The notes under the pieces: generated by a model
Database searches by the model: none
The model's input: the letters and a program-made list of their open reading frames with translations, nothing else
What the model was told of the DNA's origin: nothing
From: an uncultured delta proteobacterium
Lineage (GTDB): Bacteria; Myxococcota; Myxococcia; Myxococcales; Anaeromyxobacteraceae
Length of the DNA: 64,000 nt
NCBI GenBank assembly: GCA_963766715.1
Contig: CAVYBH010000008.1
Span: 1-64,000, forward strand
Reading direction: 5' to 3'
Made by a program: the position numbers and the translations under genes
Part shown: positions 20,936 through 30,953 of the stretch, in pieces
Numbering within the stretch: position 1 is the first letter of the stretch
Layout: each line of letters starts with the position of its first letter

Positions 20936-22466
20936 TTGCGCCGCGTCGCCACCAAGATCTTCCTGGCCTTCGGGGTCTCGCTGGCGGCCTTCGCGCTCGT
21001 GAGCGCCTTCGGGATCGTGCGCCTCCACGACCTGGGCCGGAAGCTCCGCCTGCTCAGCGAGGGCTACCTTCCCCTCACCCGCATCGCCGCCCAGATCGAC
21101 GTGAAGGAGTGGGTGACCCCGCGGGTCCTGGAGGCGGGCGCCCTCGATCCGGCGGCGCGACGGGCCTGGATCCCGCTGGCGCGCGCCCGCTTCCCTGCGC
21201 TCGTCCGCGAGAAGATCGCGGAGGGGCGCGCGGTGGCCGCACGGGCCGGGAAGGACGTCCCGGAGGAGGAGGCCGCCTTCCTGGCCGAGGTGGACGGCCG
21301 GCTCGTCGCCCTCGACGCCGCGTGGACCCGCTACGACGCCGCCGCGCGGGCGCTCCTCGACGCCGTCGAGGCCGGCGGGGCCGCTCCGCCCGAATCGGCC
21401 ATCCAGGCCGCCCGGACCATGGAGAAGGCCCTCGCCATCGACGTGAAGCTCCTGCAGGCCGCCCTGGAGAGCCACACGAGCGAGCTCCTGCTCACCGCCG
21501 AGCGGGAGGAGTCGCGGACGGTGGCCTCGATCGTCATCTACACGCTGCTCGCGCTCTCGGTGGGCGCCGGGGCGGCGCTCGTGTCGCAGCGCCTGCTCGC
21601 GCCCATCCGGACGCTGACCGAGGGGGTGAAGGCGGTGGCCTCCGGCGATCTCACCCGCCAGGTGGAGGTCCGGGGAGGCGACGAGCTGGGCGTGCTGGCC
21701 CGCGAGTTCAACGCCATGGCGGCGTCGCTCGAGCGGCAGCGGCAGGAGCTGCAGCGGGCCGAGCGGCTCGCCGCGGTGGGCCGCATCTCCGCGCACATCA
21801 CCCACGAGATCCGCAACCCGCTCAACTCGCTGGGACTGAACGCCGAGCTTCTCGCCGAGGAGCTCGAGCCCGGCGCCTCGGCGGAGGCCCGGGCGCTCGT
21901 CGTCGCCATCACCCGGGAGGTGGACCGGCTGAACGCGGTGGCGGAGGAGTACCTCCGCTTCGCGCGCCTGCCCCGGCTGGTGATGGCCAGGGAGGACCTG
22001 AACGAGATCGTGGGCGGGCTGCTCGACTTCGTCGCGCCGGAGATGCAGGCGGCCGCCATCGCGGTGGAGCGCGACCTCGCGCCGGATCTCCCGGCGGTCC
22101 GGGGAGACGAGGGGCAACTCCGCGCCGCCCTGCTCAACCTGCTGCGCAACAGCCGCGAGGCGATGTCCGGCGGGGGGACCATCCGGGTCCGGACCGTCCG
22201 TGCCGCGGACGGGGGCGTCGTCGGTCGCCGTCGAGGACACCGGATCCGGCATACCCTCGGAACAACTGAAGAATCTCTTCGACCCCTTCTTTTCGACCAA
22301 GTCGGGAGGAACCGGGCTGGGCCTGGCGTTCACGTTGCAAGTCGTCCAGGAGCACGGCGGAACCATCCAGTGCCAGAGCGAGCCGGGTCTCGGAACCACG
22401 TTCGTGGTCCGGCTCCCGCCTGCGCCAGTGGACGGAGCGACGACGCAGGAGGCGAGGCACACGTGA
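20936..22466 (+). CDS. HAMP-domain sensor histidine kinase (frameshift near 22224)
   Basis: Two TM helices, HAMP DELGVLAREFN, H-box ITHEIRNPL, NLLRNS, DTGSGI, PFFSTK and GTGLGL motifs. Confidence 0.92.
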
Positions 22467-22522
22467 TCCGGGCGAAGCGAGGTGTGGGACGTCTGCGGGA
22501 TCCCCTTCGGGGCCATTCCCCC

Positions 22523-23824
22523 ATGGCGGAGGGGCCTTTCCTGCTGGGTCAGCGGGCGCAGCTCCCCAACGGAGCCCGGATCGTGGTCGCCCGGACGCCC
22601 GGGCTCCATTCGGCCATGCTCGCCCTCTACGTGAGAGCCGGATCGCGCCACGAGCATCCGTCGGCGAGCGGGGTCTCCCACTTCGTGGAGCACCTGCTCT
22701 TCCGCGGCAGCGAGGGCTATCCGGACAGCCGGGCCATGAACACGGCCGTGGAGGCGGCGGGCGGGAGCATGAACGCCATGACCGCCCGCGATCACACCTG
22801 CTACTACACCTCGCTCCACCCGGCCGGCCTCGAGACCGGGATCGACGTCTTCGCCGACCTGGCGCGCCGGCCGCTGCTCCGCGACATCGAGGTGGAGCGC
22901 GGCGTGGTCCTCGAGGAGATCCTCGACGAGGTCGACTCGCGCGGCCGCGACGTCGATCCCGACAACCTGGTGAAGCGCATCGTCTTCCCGGGCCACGGGC
23001 TGGGCCAGAAGATCGCGGGCTCGCGCAGCAGCGTGCGCGCGCTGGGAGAGGGCGCCATCCGCGCCCACCACGCGCGCCACTACACCGGATCCAACGTGGT
23101 GCTGGTCGCGGCCGGGCCGGTCTTCTACGAGGAGGTGGTCGAGCTCGCCGCACCGAGGCTCGGCGCCCTGCCTCGCGGGACGCCGATCCGCTCCGATCCC
23201 CCGCCCCCGTGGCCCGCTGGCCCGATCTTCCGGACGGTGGAGCACGACGACGCGCAGGTGGAGTTCTCGCTGGCCTTCCCGAGCGTCCCGGAGCACCACC
23301 GCGACCACCCGGCCGCGCTCGTGATCCGGCGCCTCCTCGACGACGGGCTCTCGTCCCGGCTGCCGTTCGAGATCGTGGAGCGTCACGGGCTCGCCTACTC
23401 GATCCACGCCAGCCTCGAGACCTACGAGGACGCGGCGGTCTTCACCTTCGAGGGCGCCTGCACCTCCACCAAGCTCGGCCGGGTGGTCGAGGAGATCTTC
23501 CGGGTGGTGAGCGGCCTCTGGAGCTCGATCCTCCCGGGCGACGAGCTGGCGCGGGTCCAGGAGCGCCACCGCATGTCGCTCACCTTCGCGCTCGACAACC
23601 CGTCGGAGCTGGTGGGCTGGTTCGGTTCCGGGGAGCTCTTCGGATCGGAGGAGAGCCTGGAGGAGCGCTGCCGGCGCGTCGAGCGGGTCACCGTCGCCGA
23701 CGTCCGGCGCGTGGCGCGCTCCATGTTCCAGCGGCGGCACATGACGGCAATCGCGGTCGGGCCCGGAGCGTCCGCGCTTCGCCGCTCGCTCCAGCGGGCC
23801 ACCGAGCGCTCCTCGCTTCCGTGA
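22523..23824 (+). CDS. M16 (pitrilysin-family) zinc peptidase
   Basis: HFVEHLLFRG inverted zinc motif, ERGVVLEE, and SSRL..IVERHGLAYSI. Confidence 0.92.
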   Translation: MAEGPFLLGQRAQLPNGARIVVARTPGLHSAMLALYVRAGSRHEHPSASGVSHFVEHLLFRGSEGYPDSRAMNTAVEAAGGSMNAMTARDHTCYYTSLHPAGLETGIDVFADLARRPLLRDIEVERGVVLEEILDEVDSRGRDVDPDNLVKRIVFPGHGLGQKIAGSRSSVRALGEGAIRAHHARHYTGSNVVLVAAGPVFYEEVVELAAPRLGALPRGTPIRSDPPPPWPAGPIFRTVEHDDAQVEFSLAFPSVPEHHRDHPAALVIRRLLDDGLSSRLPFEIVERHGLAYSIHASLETYEDAAVFTFEGACTSTKLGRVVEEIFRVVSGLWSSILPGDELARVQERHRMSLTFALDNPSELVGWFGSGELFGSEESLEERCRRVERVTVADVRRVARSMFQRRHMTAIAVGPGASALRRSLQRATERSSLP

Positions 23825-23856
23825 CGGGGGCGAGCGAAGTCGGGTACGCTCGCCCG

Positions 23857-24274
23857 ATGGACGCGGTGCGCCTCGAGTGGACGGCCGCTCTCGCGCTGGG
23901 GATCGAGGAGATCGATGCCCAGCACCGGGAGCTCTTCCTCCACGTGGCGCGGGTGCGCGACGCGGCCTTCTCCGGCGACGCCGCCGAGATCGAGCGCACG
24001 CTCGCCTTCCTCGAGGGGTACGTCGCGTTCCACTTCGCCGCCGAGGAGCGGTACATGGCGGCGCAGCGCTATCCCGGCCTCGCCCAGCACCGGGAGGAGC
24101 ACGCCTGGTTCCTCCAGGCCGTCCGGGAGATCGAGGCCGACCACCGGCGCGACGGGCCCTCGGCCGACGCGATCGCCCGGGTCGAGCGCTTCCTCTCCGA
24201 CTGGGTGCGCACCCACATCGGCGTCGTCCGACCTGGGCATGGCGCGCTTCGTCCGGCGCGCGCGCCCGGGCTGA
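23857..24274 (+). CDS. Bacteriohemerythrin (frameshift near 24228)
   Basis: W..LGIEEIDAQH, HFAAEERYM, H.EEH and W..THI..SD iron ligands. Confidence 0.9.
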
Positions 24275-24333
24275 CGCGTGGGCCGTTCGGCGGTCCTGGC
24301 CCCGGAAGGGGCCCCTCTGGTAGCCTCGCGCGG

Positions 24334-24656
24334 ATGGCCGGTTTCGTCGAGAGAGCGGTTCGCCGGATGCGCGAGGACCGCGGCTTCAGCCGCAACCGGC
24401 ACTTCCTCGCCCTCTCCTCTCCCGAGGGGAAGCGGGCCGTCCGGATCGCGCGACACCTGAGGTCGATCGAGGCGGACCTGGAGCGTGGATGGCCGGCGCA
24501 CGCGGAGCGGCGGGACGGTCGCATCCTCGTGACGGTCGCCTACCGGGGCGGGAGCCGCGCGGCCTGGCTGTCGGGCGCGGAGTACCGGATGCTGCTCTCG
24601 AACCCGCTCGCCCGCGCCGCGCTCGTCCTGGACGACGCGCCCTCGGGCGCACCTAG
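24334..24656 (+). CDS. Small conserved-looking hypothetical protein (end approximate)
   Basis: MAGFVERAVRRM..FSRNRHFLALSSPEGK; coding-like codon usage; fills the gap between neighbours. Confidence 0.6.
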
Positions 24657-26103
24657 CGCGCCCGGGCCGGCGAGGCCGAGAGGAGCGACCGCAGCGCCTC
24701 GACCGGGTCTCGCCCCTCGAAGGGGACGCCGCCCGGCGCCTCCCGGATCACCGGTGGAACCGTCTCCCCTCCGGGCCGGCCACGGCCACCGGAAGGCGGA
24801 GCGCGCGGGTCAGCTCGAGCAGGAGCGCCTCGGTGCCCTCTGCCGGGAGGAGGACGAGCGCGCCCAGGGCGCCCGCGGCGAAAGGCCCCCAGAGCGGGCG
24901 GTGGGAGCGATCGCCCGGAAGGGAGACCAGGTCGATGCGCACGGTCCCGAGGTCGAGCGTGCCGAGGGTCCCCAGGCCGGCGACGTCCGCGGCGCTGGCC
25001 GTGGCCTCCCAGCCGGGGAGCGCCGTGAGCTGCGCCAGCGCCGCCTGGCGGATCGCGCGGCTTCCCCCGGCGACCACCACCTTGCCGGTCGGCCGCCCGC
25101 CGCGTGCCCCGCCGCGCGCCACGCGGAGGCGGAGCGCGTGGAGCTGGTCCGGGGGGAGCAGGGGGTCGGCGACCTGCGCGGGCTCCGGCGCAGCGGCCTC
25201 GACGTGGGCGTGGTCGAGGAGGGCCGCCACCGCGCGAGCCGCCTCGAGATCGGAGGCGGTCGCGGCGTCGAGCAGGTCGGCGAGGGTCCTCGGAACCTCG
25301 AGCAGCCGCACCACCTCCTCGGTGACCGGCTGGAGCCCGCGGGGAATGGACGCGCCGGCCGCGGAGAGCCGGAGCACGGCGCCGGGCTCGGGCAGCACGC
25401 CCTCGAGCCGGGCCAGCTCGTCGGCTTGCCGGAGCCCCTCGAGCAGGAGCTCCTCGAGGCGCCGGACGATGGATCCGGACCCCGGAACCGGCCCCGGCTG
25501 GAAGGAGAACGTGCCCTGCTGGCGCGCCAGCAGGCGGAAGAAGGCCTTCTCCCCGCCCGCGGCCCCCGCGCGGGCGTCCACCGGCTGGCCGGCGGAGAGC
25601 GCGATCTCGCCCCGCTCCCCGTTCCGCTCCAGGCGAAGCCGCCCGGACTTCCGGTTCATGGCCAGGATCTGGAGGAGGTCGGGGAGCGGCATCTGGGCCA
25701 GGTCCCCGGCGAGGTCCCGGGCGTCGCCGGCGCCGCGCGCCTCCTGCGCGCGCCGCAGGAGGTGATCGACGCGGGCCAGGAGGACCTCGGGCCGGTAGGG
25801 CTTCTCGAGCCAGCCGGCGGCCGCCGCGCCGGCGCTCCCGGACTTCCCCCCGGCCAGCAGGACGGGGATCCCCTCGGTGCGCGGGTTCGAGCGGAGGATG
25901 CGCAGGAAGGTGCGGGGATCGAGCAGCGGGGTCTGCGCGTCGTAGACCACGAGATCCGGGATCCGGAGGATGGCGAGCTCCAGCGCGCGGGACCCGTCGG
26001 CCGCGGCGTGGACCTCGTAGCCACGCTCCCGCAGCAGCGGAGCGACGCCGCGCAGGGCGTCGGGGTCGGGATCGGCGAAGAGGATCTTCTTCGGCGCGGA
26101 CAT
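24653..26103 (-). CDS. Receiver + DUF4388 (PatA-N) + degenerate small-GTPase-like domain protein
   Basis: KKILFAD receiver; GDLAQMPLPDLLQILAMNRKSGRL..LLLEGLRQADE (DUF4388); C-terminal KVVVAG..DLVSLPG..W..GALVL; frameshift near 24760. Confidence 0.8.
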
Positions 26104-26105
26104 GG

Positions 26106-27606
26106 CTAGAATCGGCTGGAGCTCGTAGGCGCCCTGCAGCTTGGCCACGAGCAGGTCGACGAGCGGTGCGTCGGAGGTGTGGAAGAGGACGCCGTCCGGC
26201 CTCTGTAGAAGGGCGTAGGCGGCCGACTCGCCCAGGAAGAACAGGAAATCGTGCGACGTGATGCGGGGGTCGCCCTCCACGTGGACGCGGCTCACGAGCG
26301 GATGGGGCGCGGACTCGCCGCCGCTCCTCGGGCCGAGGACGAAGACCCGGGCCGGGTCGTCGCCCGCCCGCGAGGCCCCCTGCCCCTCCGGCAGCCCCTC
26401 GAGCAGCGAGGGCGCCCCGGTACCGGACGAGGACGCGAGGTAGAGCACGCCGCGCGCCCGCCGGTCCCGGCCCAGCTCCCGGGCCGCCTCCCGCTGCACC
26501 GCCTCGAAGAAGGCGGGATCGGCGCGGCGGCGGGCCGAAGGGCTCGACTCGGGAAGGCGCGCGCCCTCCGAGAGAAGCAGATCGACCAGCTCCCAGAAGG
26601 CGCCCGGCGGGAGGTCGCCCAGGTGGAGCCGCCGGACGAGCGACCCTCGCTGCTCCTCGACGCGGGCCCGGCAGCGCTCGGCCAGCGCGTCCTGGTCCTC
26701 CCCGTCCCGGGGATAGGTGGCGATCCCCATCGAGAGCAGGAGGGGCACGCGGTGCTCGAGCGCCTGGACGGCGGGGTCCCGCGCGATCTCCTCGGTCGCC
26801 CGGCGAAGGAACGTGCGCGCGCCGAAGTGATCGGTCTCGGGGAGCAGCACCTGGAACTCGTTCTCGTCGGCGCGGGCCAGGACGTCGGCCTCCCGGGCCG
26901 CCCGGCCGATGGCGTCGGCCAGCGCGCGCGTGCCGGCGCGGAAGAGCTCTCGCGGCGCCTCGCGGCGCGCCTGCTCGAGGTTGTCCACCGCGACGAGCCC
27001 GAGCGAGAACTGGCGTCCGTAGCGCCGGGCCTTGTGGAACTCCTTGGCGACGTGATCGACGAAGTAGGGAAGGTTGTAGGTCCCGGTCTCCCGGTCGAGC
27101 AGCGCCCTTCGCTCGGCGGCCTGGAAGCGGCGGGCGTTCGCGAGCGCCACGCCGGCGAACCCTCCGACCGCGGCAGCCGAGGCGTGCTCCGGCGCGCCGA
27201 ACCGGCCGGCGGCCCGGCGGACGAGGAGCGCCACGCCGGCCACCTCGTCGCCGACGAGCAGCGGGACCTGGATGGCCTCGTCCTCCGGCCACCCCGGGGC
27301 ATCGAACGGGGTCCCGGAGCGAAGCCCCCGGGCCAGGACCGCATCGCCGGGGTCGAGCACCCCGGGCAGCGCGTCGGGCTCGACCACGCCCCGGTGGGCG
27401 GCGAGGCGGAGGGTTCCCTGCTCCCCGGCGACCCAGAGGGCGGCGCCCTGCGCACCGGTCGCCTGGGCGAGCGTGGAGAGGATCTGGTCGCCGAGCGGCT
27501 CGGCGTCGAGCGTGGCCAGGAGCCCCAGGCACCGGCGGAAGACGGCGTCGGAGATCTCCGGGCCCGGCGCCTCCCCCTCCTCGGGCCGGGATCCTCCCGC
27601 GCGCAT
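26106..27606 (-). CDS. GAF + degenerate GGDEF domain protein
   Basis: GAF (QVPLLVGDEVAGV..ALANAR); DRETGTYN; active-site position reads RADENEF; SMGIATYPRDG. Confidence 0.8.
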
Positions 27607-27607
27607 C

Positions 27608-28391
27608 CTAGAGCCCGGTCTCGCCGCTGAAGACCCGCTCGGCGGGTCCCTTCATGAGGACCGAGAGGTCGGGGCCCACGAGTGATCTCGAGCTCGCCGC
27701 CCGGCAGCCGCACCGTGACGGGCCCCGATCCGGCGAGCCGGCCCTCGTGCAGCGCCGCCACCACGGCGGCGCAGGCGCCGGTTCCGCAGGCCTCGGTCAG
27801 TCCGGCGCCGCGCTCCCAGACCACGAGGTCGATGGACGAGCCGCTCGCACGTCCGAAGCCGACGTTCACGCCACCCGGGACCCGGGCCTCGATGGCCGGG
27901 CCGAGCGTCGCCGCCCGGGCCGGATCGGGGCCGTCGAGGATCACGGCGTGCGGGTTGCCCATGGACACCCGGAGCGTGCGGACCAGCTCGGGGCCCAGCT
28001 CGAAGTCCTGGGGACCCTCCACCCGGGCCCGCCCCATGTCGACCGTGACCGCCGCGACGCCGGCGGGGCTTCGGTGCACCGTGCAGCGCTTCGGGCCGCT
28101 GTCGGTCTCGACGACGAACTCCCCGTCGAGCCCGCGCGCCTCGGCGAGGTGGCGGGCCACGCACCGGATGCCGTTGCCGCACATGGCCGCGACCGAGCCG
28201 TCCGGGTTGTAGATGTGCATGTAGGCCACGCCGCCGTCGCGCGGCGGCAGCACGGTGAGCACCCCATCGGCGCCGATTCCCCGGCGGCGATCGCAGAGCC
28301 GGATGGCGCGGTCGGGCGCCATGAGCTCAGGCCCCTCCACCACGACGAAGTCGTTGCCGAGGCCGTGATACTTCCAGAAGTGGAGCGGCAC
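27608..28391 (-). CDS. dapF: Diaminopimelate epimerase (frameshift near 27680)
   Basis: KYHGLGNDF, NPDGS..MCGNGIRC, SMGNPHAV and WERGAG.TEACGTG motifs. Confidence 0.95.
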
Positions 28392-28414
28392 GCAGGGGAT
28401 CCTAGTCGATTCCT

Positions 28415-29534
28415 TCACCCGCAGAAACGGGCGATCGCCCGCCCGTAGAATCTCCGCGGCCTGGTGGAGCTCGGGCAGGGGAACGAACTCCCCCGTCCGG
28501 TGGGCCACCCGGATGTCGCCCGGGCCGAAGACGCAGGCCTCGGCGCCCAGGTGGATGAGCTCGGGGAGCTCCGTTCCGAAGGGAATGGCCGTCGAGCCGT
28601 TGCCGCTCTCGGCCTCGAGGAAGCGGACCACCTCGGCCTCGGGCGGCGTGACGCCGGCGGGGTCGACCCGGAGCGGCGTGCGGGTCACCGCCAGCTTTCC
28701 CCCGGCGGCCTCCTCGAGCATCCGCGACGCCGCGTCGACCATCTCCAGCGCGCGCTCGGGCGGCTGGCCCGGGAGCGGCCGCCACTCCAGCGTGAAGAAG
28801 CACTCGCCGGCCAGCACGTTCCGGGCCTTGCCTCCGCGGATGATCCCCACGTTGAAGGTGGTGTGCGGGGGCGAGAAGACGGGGTCGGTGTGCTCGTCGG
28901 CCAGCCGCGCCTGGATGCGCTCGATCTCGGTGACCAGCCGAACGGCGGCGTGGATGGCCGAGGCCCCCACGTCCGGGAAGGCGCTGTGCCCCTCGACGCC
29001 GGTGAGCGTGACGTCGACCGCGCAGTAGCCCTTGTGGGCGCGCACCGGCACGAGGCGGGTGGGCTCGCCGATGATCGCCTTGGCCGGGCGGAGCCGCCCC
29101 TCGTGCGCGAGCGCCTTGGCGCCCTGGCAGCCCACCTCCTCGTCGGCGGTGAAGACGAGCCAGAGCGTGCCGGCCCCCGGGCGAACCCGCGAGGCGGCCG
29201 ACAGCATGGCGGCGATGCTCCCCTTGGTGTCGGCCGAGCCGCGTCCGTAGAGCCGTCCGTCCCGGACGTTGCCGGAGAGCGCCTCGCCCCAGTCGGCGTC
29301 GAAGGGGACGCAGTCGGTGTGGCCGACGAGCGCCAGGCCCCCGGGCTCGTCCGGGCCGAGCCGCCCGATCAGGTTCCCCTTCTCCACCCCGTCCGCGTCG
29401 AGCCACGCCATGCGGCGGGTCTCGAAGCCGAGGTTGCGGACCCGGGGCTCCAGCCAGTCGAGGACCGGCAGGTTCGACCGGGTCGAGGTCGAGTCGATGG
29501 CGACGAGCTGCCGAAGGGTGTCGACGAGGTCCAT
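28415..29534 (-). CDS. argE: ArgE/DapE-family M20 deacylase (acetylornithine deacetylase-like; frameshift near the end)
   Basis: GHTDCVP, GRGSADTKG, ADEEVG, IGEPT, GHS and GPGDI..AH motifs. Confidence 0.8.
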
Positions 29535-29535
29535 C

Positions 29536-30942
29536 TCAGCCTCCCCAGAGCTTCTTCATGGTCCGGGTGAAGTCGCGGGCGACCTCGCGGGCACCGGGCC
29601 GTCCAGCCGTTATTTCACCATCCGTCACGATCGCATCCCCGCCGACCACCACGTCGCACACCGCCGTGCGGGCCGCGGAGAAGACCAGGGCCGGGAGCAG
29701 GTCGCCCTCCGAGGCGCCGGCCACGGAGGGATCCTCGAGGTCGACGCAGAGGAAGTCGGCGGGCTCCCCGGGGGAGAGCGTGCCGCCCGGGATGCCCAGC
29801 GACCGCATCCCCCCCTGCGACGCGAACCCGTACAGGCGCGCGGCGAGCCCGTCCACGCGGTTCCCGGGCTCCGGGGGCGCGAGCAGGGCGCGCTGCCGCC
29901 GGACGAGACGCAGGTTCCCCTCGAGCGCGCGGGCGTCCTCGAGCAGGTCGATCTGGACGTTCGAGTCGGTGCCCAGCGCCAGGCCCGCGCCGGCGCGGAG
30001 CAGGTCGTCGGCGGGAACCACGCCGTCGCCCAGGTCGCGCTCGGTGCTGGGGCAGGCGCAGACGGTGGCGCCGGACCGGCCCAGCGCCTCCACGTCGGCG
30101 GGGGACAGGTGGATGGCGTGCACGGCCGTGGTGCCCGGCCCGAGCGCCCCGAGCCGCTCCAGCAGCTCCACCGGACCGGCGCCGTGCTCGGCGCGGCACT
30201 GCTCCACCTCGGCCACCTGCTCGGAGACGTGGAGGTGGAGCGGCCAGCCGCGGCGGCGCGCCTCCGCGGCGAGCGTCTCGATCCACTCCGCCGGGCAGGC
30301 GCGGACGCTGTGCGGCGCCAGGCCGACCGTGGCCCCTGGGTCACCCTTCGTGAAGTCCTCGAGGCGGAGCGCGCTCTCCACCACCTCGGCCGGGGTGGCG
30401 TCCACGAACCGGCGCTGCTCGGGCAGGGCGGCGAGTCCCGCGCCCCCTCGTGCGTAGGCGGTCCGGAGCAGGGCGATGCGGAGGCCCACCTCGCGCGCCG
30501 CCCCGACGACCTCCTTCGCCAGGCGCTCCGGGTCCGGGTACGGCCGGCCCCCGGGCTCCCGCGACAGGTAGTGGAACTCCCCCACGGCGGTGATGCCCGC
30601 GCGGGCCATCTCGTGGAAGGCCATCCGGGCGACGGCGCGCACGTCCTCGGGATCGAGCCGCGCCGCGGCGCCGTACATGGCCTCGCGCCAGGACCAGAAG
30701 TCGCTCCGGCCGGCGTGCCGCACCTCGGTGCGCCCGCGGATGGCCCGCTGGAACGAGTGGCTGTGGGCCGAGACCAGCCCGGGCAGCAGGGCCTTCCCGG
30801 GCAGCCGCACGCGGTCGAACCCCGGCGCCGGCGGGCCCACCGCGACCACCGCGCCGTCGGCCACGGAGAGCGCCGCGCCCGCCTGCACCCGTCCCCCGGC
30901 GAGGAGGAACTCGGGCTGGTAGGCGCGGGGGGGCGTCGGCAT
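29536..30942 (-). CDS. hutF: Formimidoylglutamate deiminase
   Basis: AHSHSFQRAIRG, FWSWRE.MY, VGEFHY, APHSVRA, HLHVSEQ, CPSTERDLGDG and GTDS motifs. Confidence 0.92.
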   Translation of the reverse strand: MPTPPRAYQPEFLLAGGRVQAGAALSVADGAVVAVGPPAPGFDRVRLPGKALLPGLVSAHSHSFQRAIRGRTEVRHAGRSDFWSWREAMYGAAARLDPEDVRAVARMAFHEMARAGITAVGEFHYLSREPGGRPYPDPERLAKEVVGAAREVGLRIALLRTAYARGGAGLAALPEQRRFVDATPAEVVESALRLEDFTKGDPGATVGLAPHSVRACPAEWIETLAAEARRRGWPLHLHVSEQVAEVEQCRAEHGAGPVELLERLGALGPGTTAVHAIHLSPADVEALGRSGATVCACPSTERDLGDGVVPADDLLRAGAGLALGTDSNVQIDLLEDARALEGNLRLVRRQRALLAPPEPGNRVDGLAARLYGFASQGGMRSLGIPGGTLSPGEPADFLCVDLEDPSVAGASEGDLLPALVFSAARTAVCDVVVGGDAIVTDGEITAGRPGAREVARDFTRTMKKLWGG

Positions 30943-30953
30943 GGGAGGTGAGA

